Source: Fimbriimonadales bacterium (GTDB lineage Bacteria > Armatimonadota > Fimbriimonadia > Fimbriimonadales > GBS-DC). Taken from it: a stretch of 64,000 nucleotides of DNA. Positions 38,804-49,356 of the stretch are shown here, piece after piece. Within the stretch, counting starts at the first letter, position 1. The number at the start of each line of letters is the position of its first letter. The notes under the pieces were generated by a model. That model saw nothing but the letters and a program-made list of their open reading frames with translations. It had not been told where the DNA came from and did no database searches. The stretch covers positions 22,738-86,737 of the forward strand of contig JANXAW010000026.1 in assembly GCA_025061985.1 (NCBI GenBank). Direction: 5' to 3'. A program made the translations under genes and the position numbers.

Positions 38804-40966
38804 ATGAAGCGTAATGCCATCTGTATCGTGGGTGCCACTCTACTGCTGCTTGAGGCGAGCTATGCGGACGAGCCGACCTATCCCGTGCAGTTTCGCCTCG
38901 TGCTGGAACGCCCTGCGGAACGGGTCTACTTGGCGGGCACTTTCAACGAATGGCAACCCCGCGCAACCCCGATGCAGCCCGACGCCGAGCGGCGCGTATG
39001 GACACTGACCCTGCACCTGCCTGCAGGAGCGCATCAGTACAAGTTTGTGGTCAACGGCACGGAGTGGCTGACTGACCCAAATGCGCCTGTGATTGACGAC
39101 GGGAACGGCAACCTCAACTCGGTGGTGTGGGTGGAGCCAGACGGCTACAACCGCCCCGCTGCCATAGGCGATGGGCACATCACGCGCAGCGGTATTCGCC
39201 ACAACCCCAACGACCTGCGCGACCGTAACCCCGTAGAAGGGCGACTTTACCTGCGCCTGCGCACCCGCAAAGCCGATGTGGAGCGCGTATGGCTACATTA
39301 CCGCGCGGGTAAACACACGCAGCGCGTTGCTATGACCCCTGCCGTTAGCGACGCCCTCTACACCTACTACCGCGCGGCGCTTCCTGAAACGAACCTTGAG
39401 TATTGGTTTGTGATTGAGGACGGCAAAGCACGGATACGCCTCCCCGCGGGCAACGCCGCGTTCCGCCATCGGCTGGGTGAACATCAGTTTGAAGTACCCA
39501 CTTGGGTGCAGGATGCGATTTTCTACCAAATCATGCCCGACCGCTTCTACAACGCCGACCCTACCAATGACCCTGACCCTGATCAGCCCATTGATTTCAC
39601 AGGGCGCAAGGAAGGCGACGGCTTCTATGGGGGCGACCTAAAGGGCATCCTGCACAAGCTGGACTACTTGCGCGATTTGGGCATCACGGCGCTGTACCTG
39701 AACCCTGTGTTTGCCTCGGTAACGCACCACAACTACGACACCGACGATTACGAGCGCGTAGACCCTGCATTGGGCACCGAGGAAGACCTCATTCAGCTCG
39801 CTCAGACGCTTCGCCAGCACGAGATGCGCCTCATCTTGGACGGCGTGTTCAACCATGTGGGCGTCTACTTCTTTGCGTTCCAAGACCTGCTGCGCCATCA
39901 GGAGCGCTCGGCGTTTCGCGACTGGTTCATTGTAGAGCGATTTCCCGTAGCGGTGGAGCCGAACCCGAACTACTGGGCGTGGTGGAACATCCCGTATATG
40001 CCTAAGTTGAACCATCAGAACCCCGCCGTGCGTCGCTACTTGCTGGGCGTGGTGATGCGCTGGACGCGCATGTTGCGCTTAGACGGCTGGCGACTGGATG
40101 TGCCGAATGAAGTGCCTGATGTGTTCTGGCGCGAGTTTCGCCCTGTAGTGCGCCGTGCAAACCCTGAGGCAGTTATCATTGGCGAGATTTGGGGCGATGC
40201 AGGGCGCTGGCTGCAGGGGGATATGTTTGACAGCGTGATGAACTATCTCTGGCGGGCAGCGGTGCTAGGCTTTGTGGCGCACGGCACGCTCAAGCCTTCT
40301 CAGTTTGACCAGCGCATGGCGCATCTGCAAGTGATGTACCCGCGCCAGAGCCTGTATGCGATGTACAATATGCTCAGCAGCCACGATACGCCGCGCTTTC
40401 GGCGCGAGTGTGGGGGTGATTTGCAGCGCGTGCGCTTGGGCTTGCTGCTTCAGTTCACTAGCATTGGCGCACCCGCTATTTACTACGGCGACGAAATCGG
40501 CATGGATGGGGGTGGCATTCCCGACAACCGTCGCCCGATGCGCTTTGAGCTGAGCGACGAGGAGCGTGCCCTGCGCGAATTCGTAAAGCAGCTGATTGCG
40601 CTGCGTAAGGCGGAGCCTGCCCTGCGTCGCGGCGAGTGGCAAACCTTGCTTGTAGACGATGTCAAAAGCGTCTACGCCTTCGCACGGTACTTGGACTCCC
40701 CTGCCCCTCAAACGAACCCTGTGGTGGTTGCGCTCAACACGAGCACTCAACCGCAGACGGTTAGCCTACCCGTTGTTGGCGACGCGCCTCGTTGGCGCGT
40801 AGCCCTTAGCACTTACGATTTGGAGCAGGCGATTTTTCCTGCTTCGAACGGGCGGATTACGCTGACGCTACCGCCCCTTGCGGGAACCGTGTTGGTTCCC
40901 ACAAACAACCCACAGCAAGGAGGGAATGCACAATGCAGTTCACACAGCGACGTGGCTTCACTTTGA
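38804..40966 (+). CDS. Secreted GH13 alpha-amylase/neopullulanase-type enzyme with N-terminal CBM48-like domain
   Basis: Signal peptide; [10 protein letters not shown]...YKFVVNG..W..DP; [30 protein letters not shown]. Confidence 0.92.
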   Translation: MKRNAICIVGATLLLLEASYADEPTYPVQFRLVLERPAERVYLAGTFNEWQPRATPMQPDAERRVWTLTLHLPAGAHQYKFVVNGTEWLTDPNAPVIDDGNGNLNSVVWVEPDGYNRPAAIGDGHITRSGIRHNPNDLRDRNPVEGRLYLRLRTRKADVERVWLHYRAGKHTQRVAMTPAVSDALYTYYRAALPETNLEYWFVIEDGKARIRLPAGNAAFRHRLGEHQFEVPTWVQDAIFYQIMPDRFYNADPTNDPDPDQPIDFTGRKEGDGFYGGDLKGILHKLDYLRDLGITALYLNPVFASVTHHNYDTDDYERVDPALGTEEDLIQLAQTLRQHEMRLILDGVFNHVGVYFFAFQDLLRHQERSAFRDWFIVERFPVAVEPNPNYWAWWNIPYMPKLNHQNPAVRRYLLGVVMRWTRMLRLDGWRLDVPNEVPDVFWREFRPVVRRANPEAVIIGEIWGDAGRWLQGDMFDSVMNYLWRAAVLGFVAHGTLKPSQFDQRMAHLQVMYPRQSLYAMYNMLSSHDTPRFRRECGGDLQRVRLGLLLQFTSIGAPAIYYGDEIGMDGGGIPDNRRPMRFELSDEERALREFVKQLIALRKAEPALRRGEWQTLLVDDVKSVYAFARYLDSPAPQTNPVVVALNTSTQPQTVSLPVVGDAPRWRVALSTYDLEQAIFPASNGRITLTLPPLAGTVLVPTNNPQQGGNAQCSSHSDVASL

Positions 40967-41745
40967 TTGAGCTGTTGGTCGTGATTGCGATTATCGCCAT
41001 CTTAGCGGCGATTCTGTTCCCTGTGTTCGCGCAAGCGCGTGAGAAAGCGCGCCAGACAACGTGTCTCAACAACCTGCGTCAAGCGGGCATTGCTCTGTTG
41101 ATGTACGCAAAAGACTACGACAACTACGTGCCTATCTTTTGCTTTGCAGAGTACTACCAGTTTGCAGCGCGTATCCAGCCGTATGTCAAGAATCGCGACA
41201 TTTTCCGATGCCCATCCTCGTCGTTTCCGCAAGGCACTGCTCAACTGATTCAGCGGGACAACGGGTTTGGCGACTTCATGACGGCTCCGAACCATCCACG
41301 CGTAGGCTTGGGCACTTCTCAGCGAGGGCGCCAGCACTACTTTGACGACATCTACCCGCCGATGGACTACCTTGTCCACAACGGTCTGGGTGGCTATGGG
41401 CTTTACGGCTGCGACTATCGGCCGTCTCAAATTGACACGGGGCGTGTGACTCGTCCGTCTCGCGCTGTTGCGATGATCGACCTGCCTCCCAGCCGCATGC
41501 AGTGGCCTGGTCCGCAGTTTTGGACCAGTCGCCTTGGCGGCAACTTCAAGGGGCGCCACTTCGAAGGCTCCGTTGTGTTGCACCTTGACGGGCACTCTAA
41601 GTGGTATCAGTATCAGCGGCTCTACCCGACCGATCGTGGACAGCAAAACTATTCCGAGCCGCGCTGCGATGATCCTGACCCAATGGCGGTCTACACGTGG
41701 TATTGCTGGGGCTACGAGTGGGGGCCGCCCGAGGATCGCAACTAA
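40933..41745 (+). CDS. Prepilin-type N-terminal cleavage/methylation protein with H-X9-DG motif (DUF1559-like)
   Basis: [44 protein letters not shown]; FRCPS; [12 protein letters not shown]; AGGAGG RBS inside the GH13 3' end. Confidence 0.93.
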   Translation: MQFTQRRGFTLIELLVVIAIIAILAAILFPVFAQAREKARQTTCLNNLRQAGIALLMYAKDYDNYVPIFCFAEYYQFAARIQPYVKNRDIFRCPSSSFPQGTAQLIQRDNGFGDFMTAPNHPRVGLGTSQRGRQHYFDDIYPPMDYLVHNGLGGYGLYGCDYRPSQIDTGRVTRPSRAVAMIDLPPSRMQWPGPQFWTSRLGGNFKGRHFEGSVVLHLDGHSKWYQYQRLYPTDRGQQNYSEPRCDDPDPMAVYTWYCWGYEWGPPEDRN

Positions 41746-41762
41746 GCTGTTAGGGTAGCCCT

Positions 41763-41797
41763 GTTGCTCAGGGGCGCGGTGGGCGCCCCTGAGCGAC
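41763..41797. terminator. Hairpin between convergent genes (probable bidirectional terminator)
   Basis: GTTGCTCAGGGGCGC-GGTGG-GCGCCCCTGAGCGAC. Confidence 0.7.
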
Positions 41798-41799
41798 TT

Positions 41800-43560
41800 C
41801 TACTGCAACGGAACGGCTGCCACAGTACCGCCTGAGCTGGCATCGCGTCGAGCAGCGATCAAGCAATAGCTGGACGGGCTGTTTCCCGTGAATAGCACCA
41901 CAGGCAAGTAGTCAGAGCCTATGCGGAGAGTATCTGCCCCATACTCTCTACGGTTGTAGGGGTTCTCCAGCGTAACAAGACGCAGCAGGCCTTGTGTCCC
42001 GTTACTCGAGTTCTCCAACTGCCCCAGCACGTACAGATACGTAGCACGGCGGTCGTTGCGGCGCATTATGCCAATCGCACCGCCTCGGAAAGTGTCACTC
42101 TCGCCAAAGATTCGTTGAGGATAGTGCGGTAGGATGCCGCCCGTGCGCGTGTTGAGCGCGTAGAGCGTCCCCGACCGAGTGAGCAGAGCCGCAGCCTCGC
42201 GCTCAGGCGAGGAAGCGATGTTAGAGACGATGTCCTCAGGCAGGGTTCGATGCCACAGCGGAGTCAGCTGCTGCGGGTGGATGCCCAACAGGTCTCGATT
42301 GCCTGCCAGTGCGAGTAGGGCGCGCCTAAAGGCAGCAGGCGCAAGGTGCCGAATAGGCTGTGTAGCAACGCGCCGCGCCGTGCGCAAGTTGCCCGTCAGC
42401 AGATCTACCTGCACTACCCACCCCTGATTCGTGCCTACATACAGGAGGCGGTCTATAACTACAAGATTTGCACTGATTTCGCCGTAGTTTGCAGGGATTG
42501 GCATGCTTTGAGCGACTCGCAGGCCGCTGGCGTTGATGGAATGAACGCGCCCATCTGTGCCCGCCACAAACAGGCGTCCATTTACGATAGCAGGCAAAAC
42601 ATCAAGACGCGGCTGCACGCCTTGCGGGAACCCCACAACCGTGAAGGGATTTGGATGATTGCTAAGCACGGTCGGCAGGTGGATCCGCACCAGCTGATTA
42701 CCTGCTCCTACAAACCAGCCGTCGCCCAGCACAACGCTGAAGCCCGTGGGCATGAAGTTCTGCAAGGCGTGCTGGTAGGCGCGAAGCTCGTTGCCTAAGA
42801 TGTCACTCCGTGTTGCCTCGACAGCGTCGCGCGTATACGAGATACGGGTCACTCGACTCGCTGTGTCTGTATCCATCCAAAACAGTCGTCCTTGGTAGAG
42901 GACAGGTGCAACGCGCTGCTCGCGCTCGGGCCTACCTGACCATGCCCGCGAGGGCACCCATGCCTGTCGTACAACGCCCGCCACGAACTCGCCCAGCACC
43001 TGGTGGGTCATGTGGTCGCTGGTGCGAGCACTAAGCACTATCCACACGCCATCGGTCTGCACTTCGGGGACAGGTGGACGCACGCGCACGGAGTACAGCA
43101 CGCTATAGGTGGGGTGCACTAGGCTCCCTTCTCCATTAGTGATAACACGGCTGCCTAAACTTTGTCCGTTCTCCAAGCGGCTTTCCAACAAATCCACTCC
43201 CCAAGTGTTAGTGCCCTCGATCTCGAAGCGCTGTAGTCCAAACAGCAGGTTATCCCATCCATTCCCCAAGTTTGTGAGACGCACACGGAAGGTAGCCTCT
43301 CGCCATTGGGGCACAGCGGCGCCAGTGGCGCTCTCCAGCTGCCACTGCCAACGGATAATCTTTCCTACGCGCACTTGCGCTTCGTCAGAGTATTCTACAA
43401 GCGTCTCCCCCACACTGGCAACCGCGCGCAGTTGAAAAGTAGTACCCGCCCAAAGCAAGCCATGAGGGGTACGTGGTGCTACTAGTGTGCTGGAAGTGTC
43501 CCCAAAGGCTGCGGCATATAGGATTGCGATTGAGCACGAAACGCCCCACACTCGTCCCAT
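41800..43560 (-). CDS. Secreted PQQ-like beta-propeller protein
   Basis: Signal peptide; propeller blades GRLFVAGTDGRVHSINA, LLYVGTNQGWVVQVD, SGTLYALNTRTG. Confidence 0.7.
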   Translation of the reverse strand: MGRVWGVSCSIAILYAAAFGDTSSTLVAPRTPHGLLWAGTTFQLRAVASVGETLVEYSDEAQVRVGKIIRWQWQLESATGAAVPQWREATFRVRLTNLGNGWDNLLFGLQRFEIEGTNTWGVDLLESRLENGQSLGSRVITNGEGSLVHPTYSVLYSVRVRPPVPEVQTDGVWIVLSARTSDHMTHQVLGEFVAGVVRQAWVPSRAWSGRPEREQRVAPVLYQGRLFWMDTDTASRVTRISYTRDAVEATRSDILGNELRAYQHALQNFMPTGFSVVLGDGWFVGAGNQLVRIHLPTVLSNHPNPFTVVGFPQGVQPRLDVLPAIVNGRLFVAGTDGRVHSINASGLRVAQSMPIPANYGEISANLVVIDRLLYVGTNQGWVVQVDLLTGNLRTARRVATQPIRHLAPAAFRRALLALAGNRDLLGIHPQQLTPLWHRTLPEDIVSNIASSPEREAAALLTRSGTLYALNTRTGGILPHYPQRIFGESDTFRGGAIGIMRRNDRRATYLYVLGQLENSSNGTQGLLRLVTLENPYNRREYGADTLRIGSDYLPVVLFTGNSPSSYCLIAARRDASSGGTVAAVPLQ

Positions 43561-43777
43561 CGGTCGCACTCTCCCGATGGGAACCTTCCACAGAGGCGAG
43601 CCACTAACAGCAGGTAAAAGCAAGGGGAAGTAGCGCGTGTAACATCAATAGGCAGGGCGACGCAGTTTCGTAAGCTCTCGAAACTGCCTGCGCGGGGTGC
43701 GCCTCGCCCTGCAGCATGACGCTACACGCGCCGAAAGTGGCTACCCATCCCAACAGCAACTTCTATGCCAAAGCGGC

Positions 43778-44317
43778 TCAGCCAGCTTCGCCATATCGCG
43801 CTTTGAAGCGAGCGTGCGCTTGCATAATCACCGCACGGGCGTACTCGGAGCCGTGCCAGCCCAACATCGCTGTAGGCTTCCCCTCCAGCTCCTTGTACAC
43901 CTCAAAGAAGTGCTGCACCTCACGCAGGGTATGCTTGCGCAAGTCCGTGAGTTCATTCACCTCTTCGAAGCGAGGGTCATGGTAGGGCACGGCGATGATT
44001 TTCTCATCGCGCCCTTTCTCGTCTTCCATCACCAGCACACCCAGCGGTTGCGCCATAACCACGCAGCCAGTAAAGCTGGGATCGGTGATAATCACCAGGG
44101 CATCAATCGCGTCGCCATCCTCTGAGAGAGTTTGCGGGATGAAGCCATAGTCGCCTGGGTAATGCACGGGCGAGTAAAGCACGCGGTCAAGTCGAAACAC
44201 ACCGTACTTGGGGTCGTACTCTATCTTGTTGCGTGTGCCCTTGGGGATTTCTATCACTACAGGCACCACGTAGGGCGCCTCGTCGCCCAGTGGCAGGTGA
44301 TAGAGATTAGTGAGCAT
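43778..44317 (-). CDS. ppa: Inorganic pyrophosphatase (family I)
   Basis: IEIPKG, LDRVLY, YGFIPQT..EDGDAID, DEKIIAV, HFFEVYKELE. Confidence 0.96.
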   Translation of the reverse strand: MLTNLYHLPLGDEAPYVVPVVIEIPKGTRNKIEYDPKYGVFRLDRVLYSPVHYPGDYGFIPQTLSEDGDAIDALVIITDPSFTGCVVMAQPLGVLVMEDEKGRDEKIIAVPYHDPRFEEVNELTDLRKHTLREVQHFFEVYKELEGKPTAMLGWHGSEYARAVIMQAHARFKARYGEAG

Positions 44318-45524
44318 GTTCTTCTCCCTCCATTTGGCGCTTAAGTTGGTAGTACAGGCGCGCTGGCAGCCCGTGCGCTTTCACAGCGCCGCCCATTTCG
44401 GACTGGTCGAACGTTTTATCATCAAACGACGCTAATGCGGCGTCGTACAGCGCCCAGCGACTCTCGCGCCCTACCACACTCACGCTACCCTTGAATAGGC
44501 GCAGCCACACCTTGCCCGTCACGCGCTCCTGCACCTTGTTGATGAAAGCCTCCAGCGACTCTTTGAAGGGGTCAATCCACAGCCCCGCATATACCAGTTC
44601 TGCCCATGCACGGTCTGCTTGCGCTTTGAAGCGCAGTTCGTCGCGCGTGCACACTAGCGCCTCCAGCGCGCGATGCGCCGTAAGCAAAGTTACGGCTGCT
44701 GGGCATTCGTAGTTCTCACGCACTTTGAGACCGATAAGGCGATCCTCCATCATATCGATTCGCCCGACGCCGTGCTCGCCCGCAAGTTCGTTGAGGTAGC
44801 GAATCAGCGAAAGAGGCTCCATCCGCTGCCCATCTACGGCAACAGGGATGCCCTCCTCGAAGGCAATCTCAATGATTTGCGGGGTCTGGCGTGCTTCTTG
44901 AGGACTGCGCGTCCACTTGAAAATCTCCTCAGGGGGTGCGTAGCTGGGGTCTTCGAGCCTACCGCCCTCGATGGAGCGTCCCCAAAGGTTCTCGTCTATG
45001 CTCCAAATCTTCGTGCTGGTTTGGCGAATGGGCACGCCGCGGGCACGCGCGTACTCAATCTCCTCCGAGCGGGTCATGTTGCGCTCGCGCATCGGGGCGA
45101 TAATTGGCACATCGGGCAATAGCGTGCGCAGCATAAACTCGATTCGGAACTGGTCGTTGCCCTTACCTGTGCATCCGTGCGCGAAGGCGTCCACGCGAGG
45201 TAGCGTGCGGGCCACTTCTACGGCTTTTTGGGCGATCAGTGGGCGGGCAAGCGCAGTGCTTAGCGGATAGCCCTCGTAATCAGCGTTGGCTTTCACAGCA
45301 GGCATGCAAAAGTTCGCTGCAAACTCCGCACGTGCATCCACCGTGTAGTGTTCTGTGCCCAAGATTTTGGCGCGTTCGGCGGCGTCGACGATGTCCTCGC
45401 GCGGCTGCCCAACATCCACCGTCACTGTGACCACATGCTCAAAACCATACTCCTCTCGTAGCAATGGAATACACACAGTAGTATCCAATCCGCCCGAGTA
45501 CACCAGCACAACCGTCCTACTCAT
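44307..45524 (-). CDS. argG: Argininosuccinate synthase
   Basis: YSGGLDT, HGCTGKGNDQFR, SIDENLWGRSIEGG, ENYECPAA; ATG at 45524. Confidence 0.96.
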   Translation of the reverse strand: MSRTVVLVYSGGLDTTVCIPLLREEYGFEHVVTVTVDVGQPREDIVDAAERAKILGTEHYTVDARAEFAANFCMPAVKANADYEGYPLSTALARPLIAQKAVEVARTLPRVDAFAHGCTGKGNDQFRIEFMLRTLLPDVPIIAPMRERNMTRSEEIEYARARGVPIRQTSTKIWSIDENLWGRSIEGGRLEDPSYAPPEEIFKWTRSPQEARQTPQIIEIAFEEGIPVAVDGQRMEPLSLIRYLNELAGEHGVGRIDMMEDRLIGLKVRENYECPAAVTLLTAHRALEALVCTRDELRFKAQADRAWAELVYAGLWIDPFKESLEAFINKVQERVTGKVWLRLFKGSVSVVGRESRWALYDAALASFDDKTFDQSEMGGAVKAHGLPARLYYQLKRQMEGEEHAH

Positions 45525-45644
45525 AGGGCATGGAGTATACCTGAGCGGTTCCATGGGGGTTCGCTCAAGGAGTAGGCGACTAAAGTCGCCCTGTGGAGGC
45601 AAAGCCCGCCTATGCAAGCCATCCCTTGCCAGAAAGCTTACCGC

Positions 45645-46742
45645 TTAGGGCGCCAGCTGGTCCGCTAAATACCAGCCCACCAACATGCTTAGGAACACCA
45701 GATTGCCTCCAAACAGCGCGATGTAGAGCCAATCGTAGGGGTAGGCAAAGGCGAAAGCGAGGGTCAGCGCACCACAAACGGTAAACACACGAGCAACCGA
45801 GCGACTGAGGCTATTTTGCGTAAGGGCGAGCAGCGTGTACAGCAAAGCTGCCAGTGGAAAACAGAGTGCAGCCAGCATCACGAGCACCGCGCCTGCACTA
45901 AGCTGGCCTTTCCGCCTTCGCCACGGGAATGCTTCACTAAGAGGAGCAACCCAGCGGCTGACTGCCATCAGGAAGCCCACCAAAAACCCCGATAGCCCCA
46001 AGTAGACAAGCAAGGGTACGCTCCAGCGTCCCAGCACTGGCGTGCCGGGAACGGTATATGCCAGCGCCCCTAAAAACAGCACCGCACCCCATCCTAACGA
46101 CTGCGCGGCAAACAGCTTCCACTCTGCAGGAAGGGAAAGCACAGCGCGCCCTTTGGGCGTGGCGGGCGACTTGGGGCGCGTGCGCTCTATAAGGCTATCG
46201 AGCTTGCGCTGGAGGTCGGGATTGTTGGGGTCTAACTGAATGGCGTACGAGTAGGCGTTTAGTGCGGCGTCGTAATGCCCCTGCACACGATAGACATCGC
46301 CGATAATCTCGTGCCCCTTGGGGTGGCGCGGGGCAAGACGAGTGGCTTGCTTTGCCAACGCCAGCGCATCCTGCAGCCGCCCCTGAATGAATGCCCGCTC
46401 TGCCTGCATAATTACACGACGAAGCTCCTCATCAAGAGAAGGCGCAGTGCGCTTAGGCTGGCTGGAAGAGGGTTGGGAGCGTGAGGGTTGCGAGCGTGGC
46501 TGGCTGTAGCGTGCGCTGGCAGGCTCGCCCATCTGCAGGCGCAGCAGCGCATCGTAATGCTTGCGTCGCTCAGGGTCGGAAAGCACTTGGTACGCCTCCT
46601 GAATGCGCAAAAACATCTCCTTCGCCTCAGGCGAAGGGTTCACATCAGGGTGGTATTGGCGCACCAGCTCGCGATAGCGACGCCGAATCGCCTCCTGCGT
46701 CGCGTGCATCGATAGCCCCAACACCTCGTAGTGGTTCTGCAT
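45645..46742 (-). CDS. J-domain (DnaJ class C) + TPR + multi-TM protein
   Basis: HYEVLG...YHPD...EAYQVLSD; TPRs; about 6 C-terminal hydrophobic segments. Confidence 0.85.
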   Translation of the reverse strand: MQNHYEVLGLSMHATQEAIRRRYRELVRQYHPDVNPSPEAKEMFLRIQEAYQVLSDPERRKHYDALLRLQMGEPASARYSQPRSQPSRSQPSSSQPKRTAPSLDEELRRVIMQAERAFIQGRLQDALALAKQATRLAPRHPKGHEIIGDVYRVQGHYDAALNAYSYAIQLDPNNPDLQRKLDSLIERTRPKSPATPKGRAVLSLPAEWKLFAAQSLGWGAVLFLGALAYTVPGTPVLGRWSVPLLVYLGLSGFLVGFLMAVSRWVAPLSEAFPWRRRKGQLSAGAVLVMLAALCFPLAALLYTLLALTQNSLSRSVARVFTVCGALTLAFAFAYPYDWLYIALFGGNLVFLSMLVGWYLADQLAP

Positions 46743-46748
46743 ACGCGC

Positions 46749-47957
46749 TTACGGCTGCCCCGCTGCTCCGAAAATCGCGCTGAAGTAGCCCGCGTAGAAC
46801 TGGATGAGGATGATCGCCACGTAAATCGCCACGCCGATGTACACTGCTACACCCAAGATGTGCCCTGCTTGGTACGAGCGCAGCTTGCCTTCCTCTTCAT
46901 AGTACTCGGCTACTTTATCCATCATAAAGCTCAGCTCGCCCGTGTTTTCGCCTGTGGCGACCATATCCATTACCATCGGCGGAAACACGCCCGTGCTGGC
47001 AAAAGTTTGCGTGATTCCGTAGCCTGCTTCCAGCTTTGCGCCCGCGGGGAGAAGGCGACTGCGCAGGTACTCGTTGCCTGTGGCGTCGGCTGCATACCGA
47101 ATTGCTTGCGACAGCGGCAGCCCCGCATTGTAAAGCGCGCTCAGGGCACGGGCAAAGCGTGCTAATGCCAGCTGACGCACTGTGAAGCCAAGCCACGGCA
47201 AGCTCACTGTAAACAGCCCCCACGCATAGCGGAAGCCGTATGCTTGCATCGCAATCCGAAACAGTGCCCAAATCGCAAAAATCACCAAGAAAATCATTAG
47301 GAAGGTTTGCCCAATCCCTAGCAGTACTTGCCCTACGGGCGCGCCCCCTTGCCCACCCACCAGCGTAATCAAGGCAGGAATGAGTTGGGGGATTACAATC
47401 GCAAAAAACAGCACGATTTTTGGGTAAAGCGTCACGCGACTAATCAGGCGGCGCAGCTCCAGCTCGTTTTCCAAATAGGTGGCGATGAGGCGCAGCACAC
47501 GCTCTAACGCGCCGCTCGTTTCGCCCACGCGCACCATCGCCCGAATGATAGGAGAAAACACTGCAGGATGCTTGTCAAAGGCATCTGCCAGGCTTTCGCC
47601 TGCAAGCACGCGGTCGCGGATGTCAGTAATCACGCGCTGCAGGCGCGCGTTCAGCCCGCGCTGATTGCTGAGGGTTGTGAGTGCTTGGTACATTGGCACG
47701 CCCGCCGCCATTGTCGTGGCGAACTGGCGGAAGAACACGGCAAGCACTTTCAGGGGCACGCCCCCAAACAACGGCTGCCATATAGTGTGTTGGGCGGCGT
47801 GCACAGGGGTGCGCGGTTCTGGCTCGGCGTAAAGTTCCAGCAACCAGTAGCCCTGCTTGCGCACGGCATCGGTGGCTTCTAGGCGACTATTTGCCTGAAC
47901 CGTGCCGCGCACCTCACGCCCCTCAGGTGTCCGTGCTACGTACCGAAAGGTCGGCAC
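46749..47957 (-). CDS. pilC: Type IV pilus / T2SS platform protein PilC/GspF
   Basis: F.RQFAT...AGVP, GETSGAL, YPK, FPPMV..MVATGENTGEL. Confidence 0.9.
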   Translation of the reverse strand: MPTFRYVARTPEGREVRGTVQANSRLEATDAVRKQGYWLLELYAEPEPRTPVHAAQHTIWQPLFGGVPLKVLAVFFRQFATTMAAGVPMYQALTTLSNQRGLNARLQRVITDIRDRVLAGESLADAFDKHPAVFSPIIRAMVRVGETSGALERVLRLIATYLENELELRRLISRVTLYPKIVLFFAIVIPQLIPALITLVGGQGGAPVGQVLLGIGQTFLMIFLVIFAIWALFRIAMQAYGFRYAWGLFTVSLPWLGFTVRQLALARFARALSALYNAGLPLSQAIRYAADATGNEYLRSRLLPAGAKLEAGYGITQTFASTGVFPPMVMDMVATGENTGELSFMMDKVAEYYEEEGKLRSYQAGHILGVAVYIGVAIYVAIILIQFYAGYFSAIFGAAGQP

Positions 47958-47980
47958 GGCGCAATTATACCAAGCACTTT

Positions 47981-49165
47981 TCAGGCGACGCGCTCAAACA
48001 AGCCCGCTGCGCCCATCCCCAGCGCCGCGCACATCGTGACCAAGCCATAGCGACCGCCCGTGCGTTTGAGGGCATAGGCAAGGGTAACTACTTGGCGTGC
48101 GCCCGTGCAGCCCAGCGGATGCCCTAACGCAATCGCGCCGCCCAGCGGGTTCACACGCTCCATCGGCATCTCAAAAATCTTGTTTGACGCCAGTACTTGC
48201 GCCGCAAACGCCTCGTTGAACTCGATATGGTCAATCGCGCTGATGTCCATCCCTACGCGCCTAAGCAGTTTAGGAATGGCGTAGGCGGGGGCAACGCCGA
48301 AGTCCTCTGGCGTAAGCGCAGCGGTCGTGTAGCCCACGAAGCGTAGCAAGGGCGTAATCCCCAGCGCGTTGGCTTTGCGCTCGCTCATAACCAGCACGGC
48401 AGCAGCGCCGTCGCTGCGCTGTGAAGCGTTGCCTGCGGTGATTAGCCCGTCGGCTCGGAAGGCGGGCTTGAGCTTTGCAAGGGCTTCCATGCTCGTGTCG
48501 CGGCGGGGTCCCTCGTCTTGGGTAAGCGTGACTTTTTCGCGTGCGGGGCGTCCGTCGGCGTCTACTGTTTGGATTTCCGTGCTTATGGGGGCGATTTCGG
48601 CGTCGAACAGCCCCTCGTCTTGGGCGCGCACTGCCTTCTGGTGGCTTTGCAAGGCAAATGCATCCGCTTGCTCGCGCGTAATCCCGTGCTTGCGAGCCAA
48701 CTGCTCCACCGATAGCCCCATCGTCAGGTAGGTGTTGGGCGCTTCATGCAGCAGGGTGGGGTTGGGGTGCGTGTGGATGTCTAAAAACTGCACGCGGCTC
48801 ATGCTCTCAACGCCCCCCGCGAGGATGACTTCCGCATCACCTGCGCGAATGCGCTCGGCGGCGATTGCAATTGCTTCCAGCCCCGACGCGCAGAAGCGGT
48901 TCACCGTTGTGCCAGGGGTGCTAAGCGGCAGTCCTGCACGTAGCGCAGCGACGCGCGCGATGTTCATCCCCTGCTCCCCTTCAGGCACGGCACAGCCAAA
49001 GATTACGTCCTCTATCTCGTGGGGGTCTAAAGCGGGGCAGCGTTCCAGCACAGCGCGAATCGCAAACGCGGCTAAATCATCGGGGCGCGTGTGGCGCAAA
49101 CTACCGCGAGGAGCTTTGCCAATCGGTGTGCGTACCGCAGCGACTATCAGTGCCTCGTTGCTCAT
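47981..49165 (-). CDS. fadA: Acetyl-CoA C-acyltransferase (thiolase)
   Basis: RTPIG, NRFCASG, NEAFA, GGAIALGHPLG, TMCAALG. Confidence 0.9.
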   Translation of the reverse strand: MSNEALIVAAVRTPIGKAPRGSLRHTRPDDLAAFAIRAVLERCPALDPHEIEDVIFGCAVPEGEQGMNIARVAALRAGLPLSTPGTTVNRFCASGLEAIAIAAERIRAGDAEVILAGGVESMSRVQFLDIHTHPNPTLLHEAPNTYLTMGLSVEQLARKHGITREQADAFALQSHQKAVRAQDEGLFDAEIAPISTEIQTVDADGRPAREKVTLTQDEGPRRDTSMEALAKLKPAFRADGLITAGNASQRSDGAAAVLVMSERKANALGITPLLRFVGYTTAALTPEDFGVAPAYAIPKLLRRVGMDISAIDHIEFNEAFAAQVLASNKIFEMPMERVNPLGGAIALGHPLGCTGARQVVTLAYALKRTGGRYGLVTMCAALGMGAAGLFERVA

Positions 49166-49243
49166 AGCGACCTCCGCCCTGAAAGCATACCTCAAGGCAT
49201 AGGCTGTTGAACTTAGACGCGAAGCGAAGGAACTACAAAGAAC

Positions 49244-49286
49244 CTCGGTTCCCCCTTTCCAAGGGGGAACCTGAAGGAGGGGGGTT
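49244..49286 (+). repeat. Copy of the CGGTTCCCCC...GGGGGAACC repeat
   Basis: CTCGGTTCCCCCTTTCCAAGGGGGAACCTGAAGGAGGGGGGTT, matching 29573-29615. Confidence 0.7.
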
Positions 49287-49356
49287 CCAAAAACTCCGCT
49301 TCATGCTCGTGTGTTGCGACAACACCACGAGCCTACGTAAGGCAGCCTCGCCTGCC

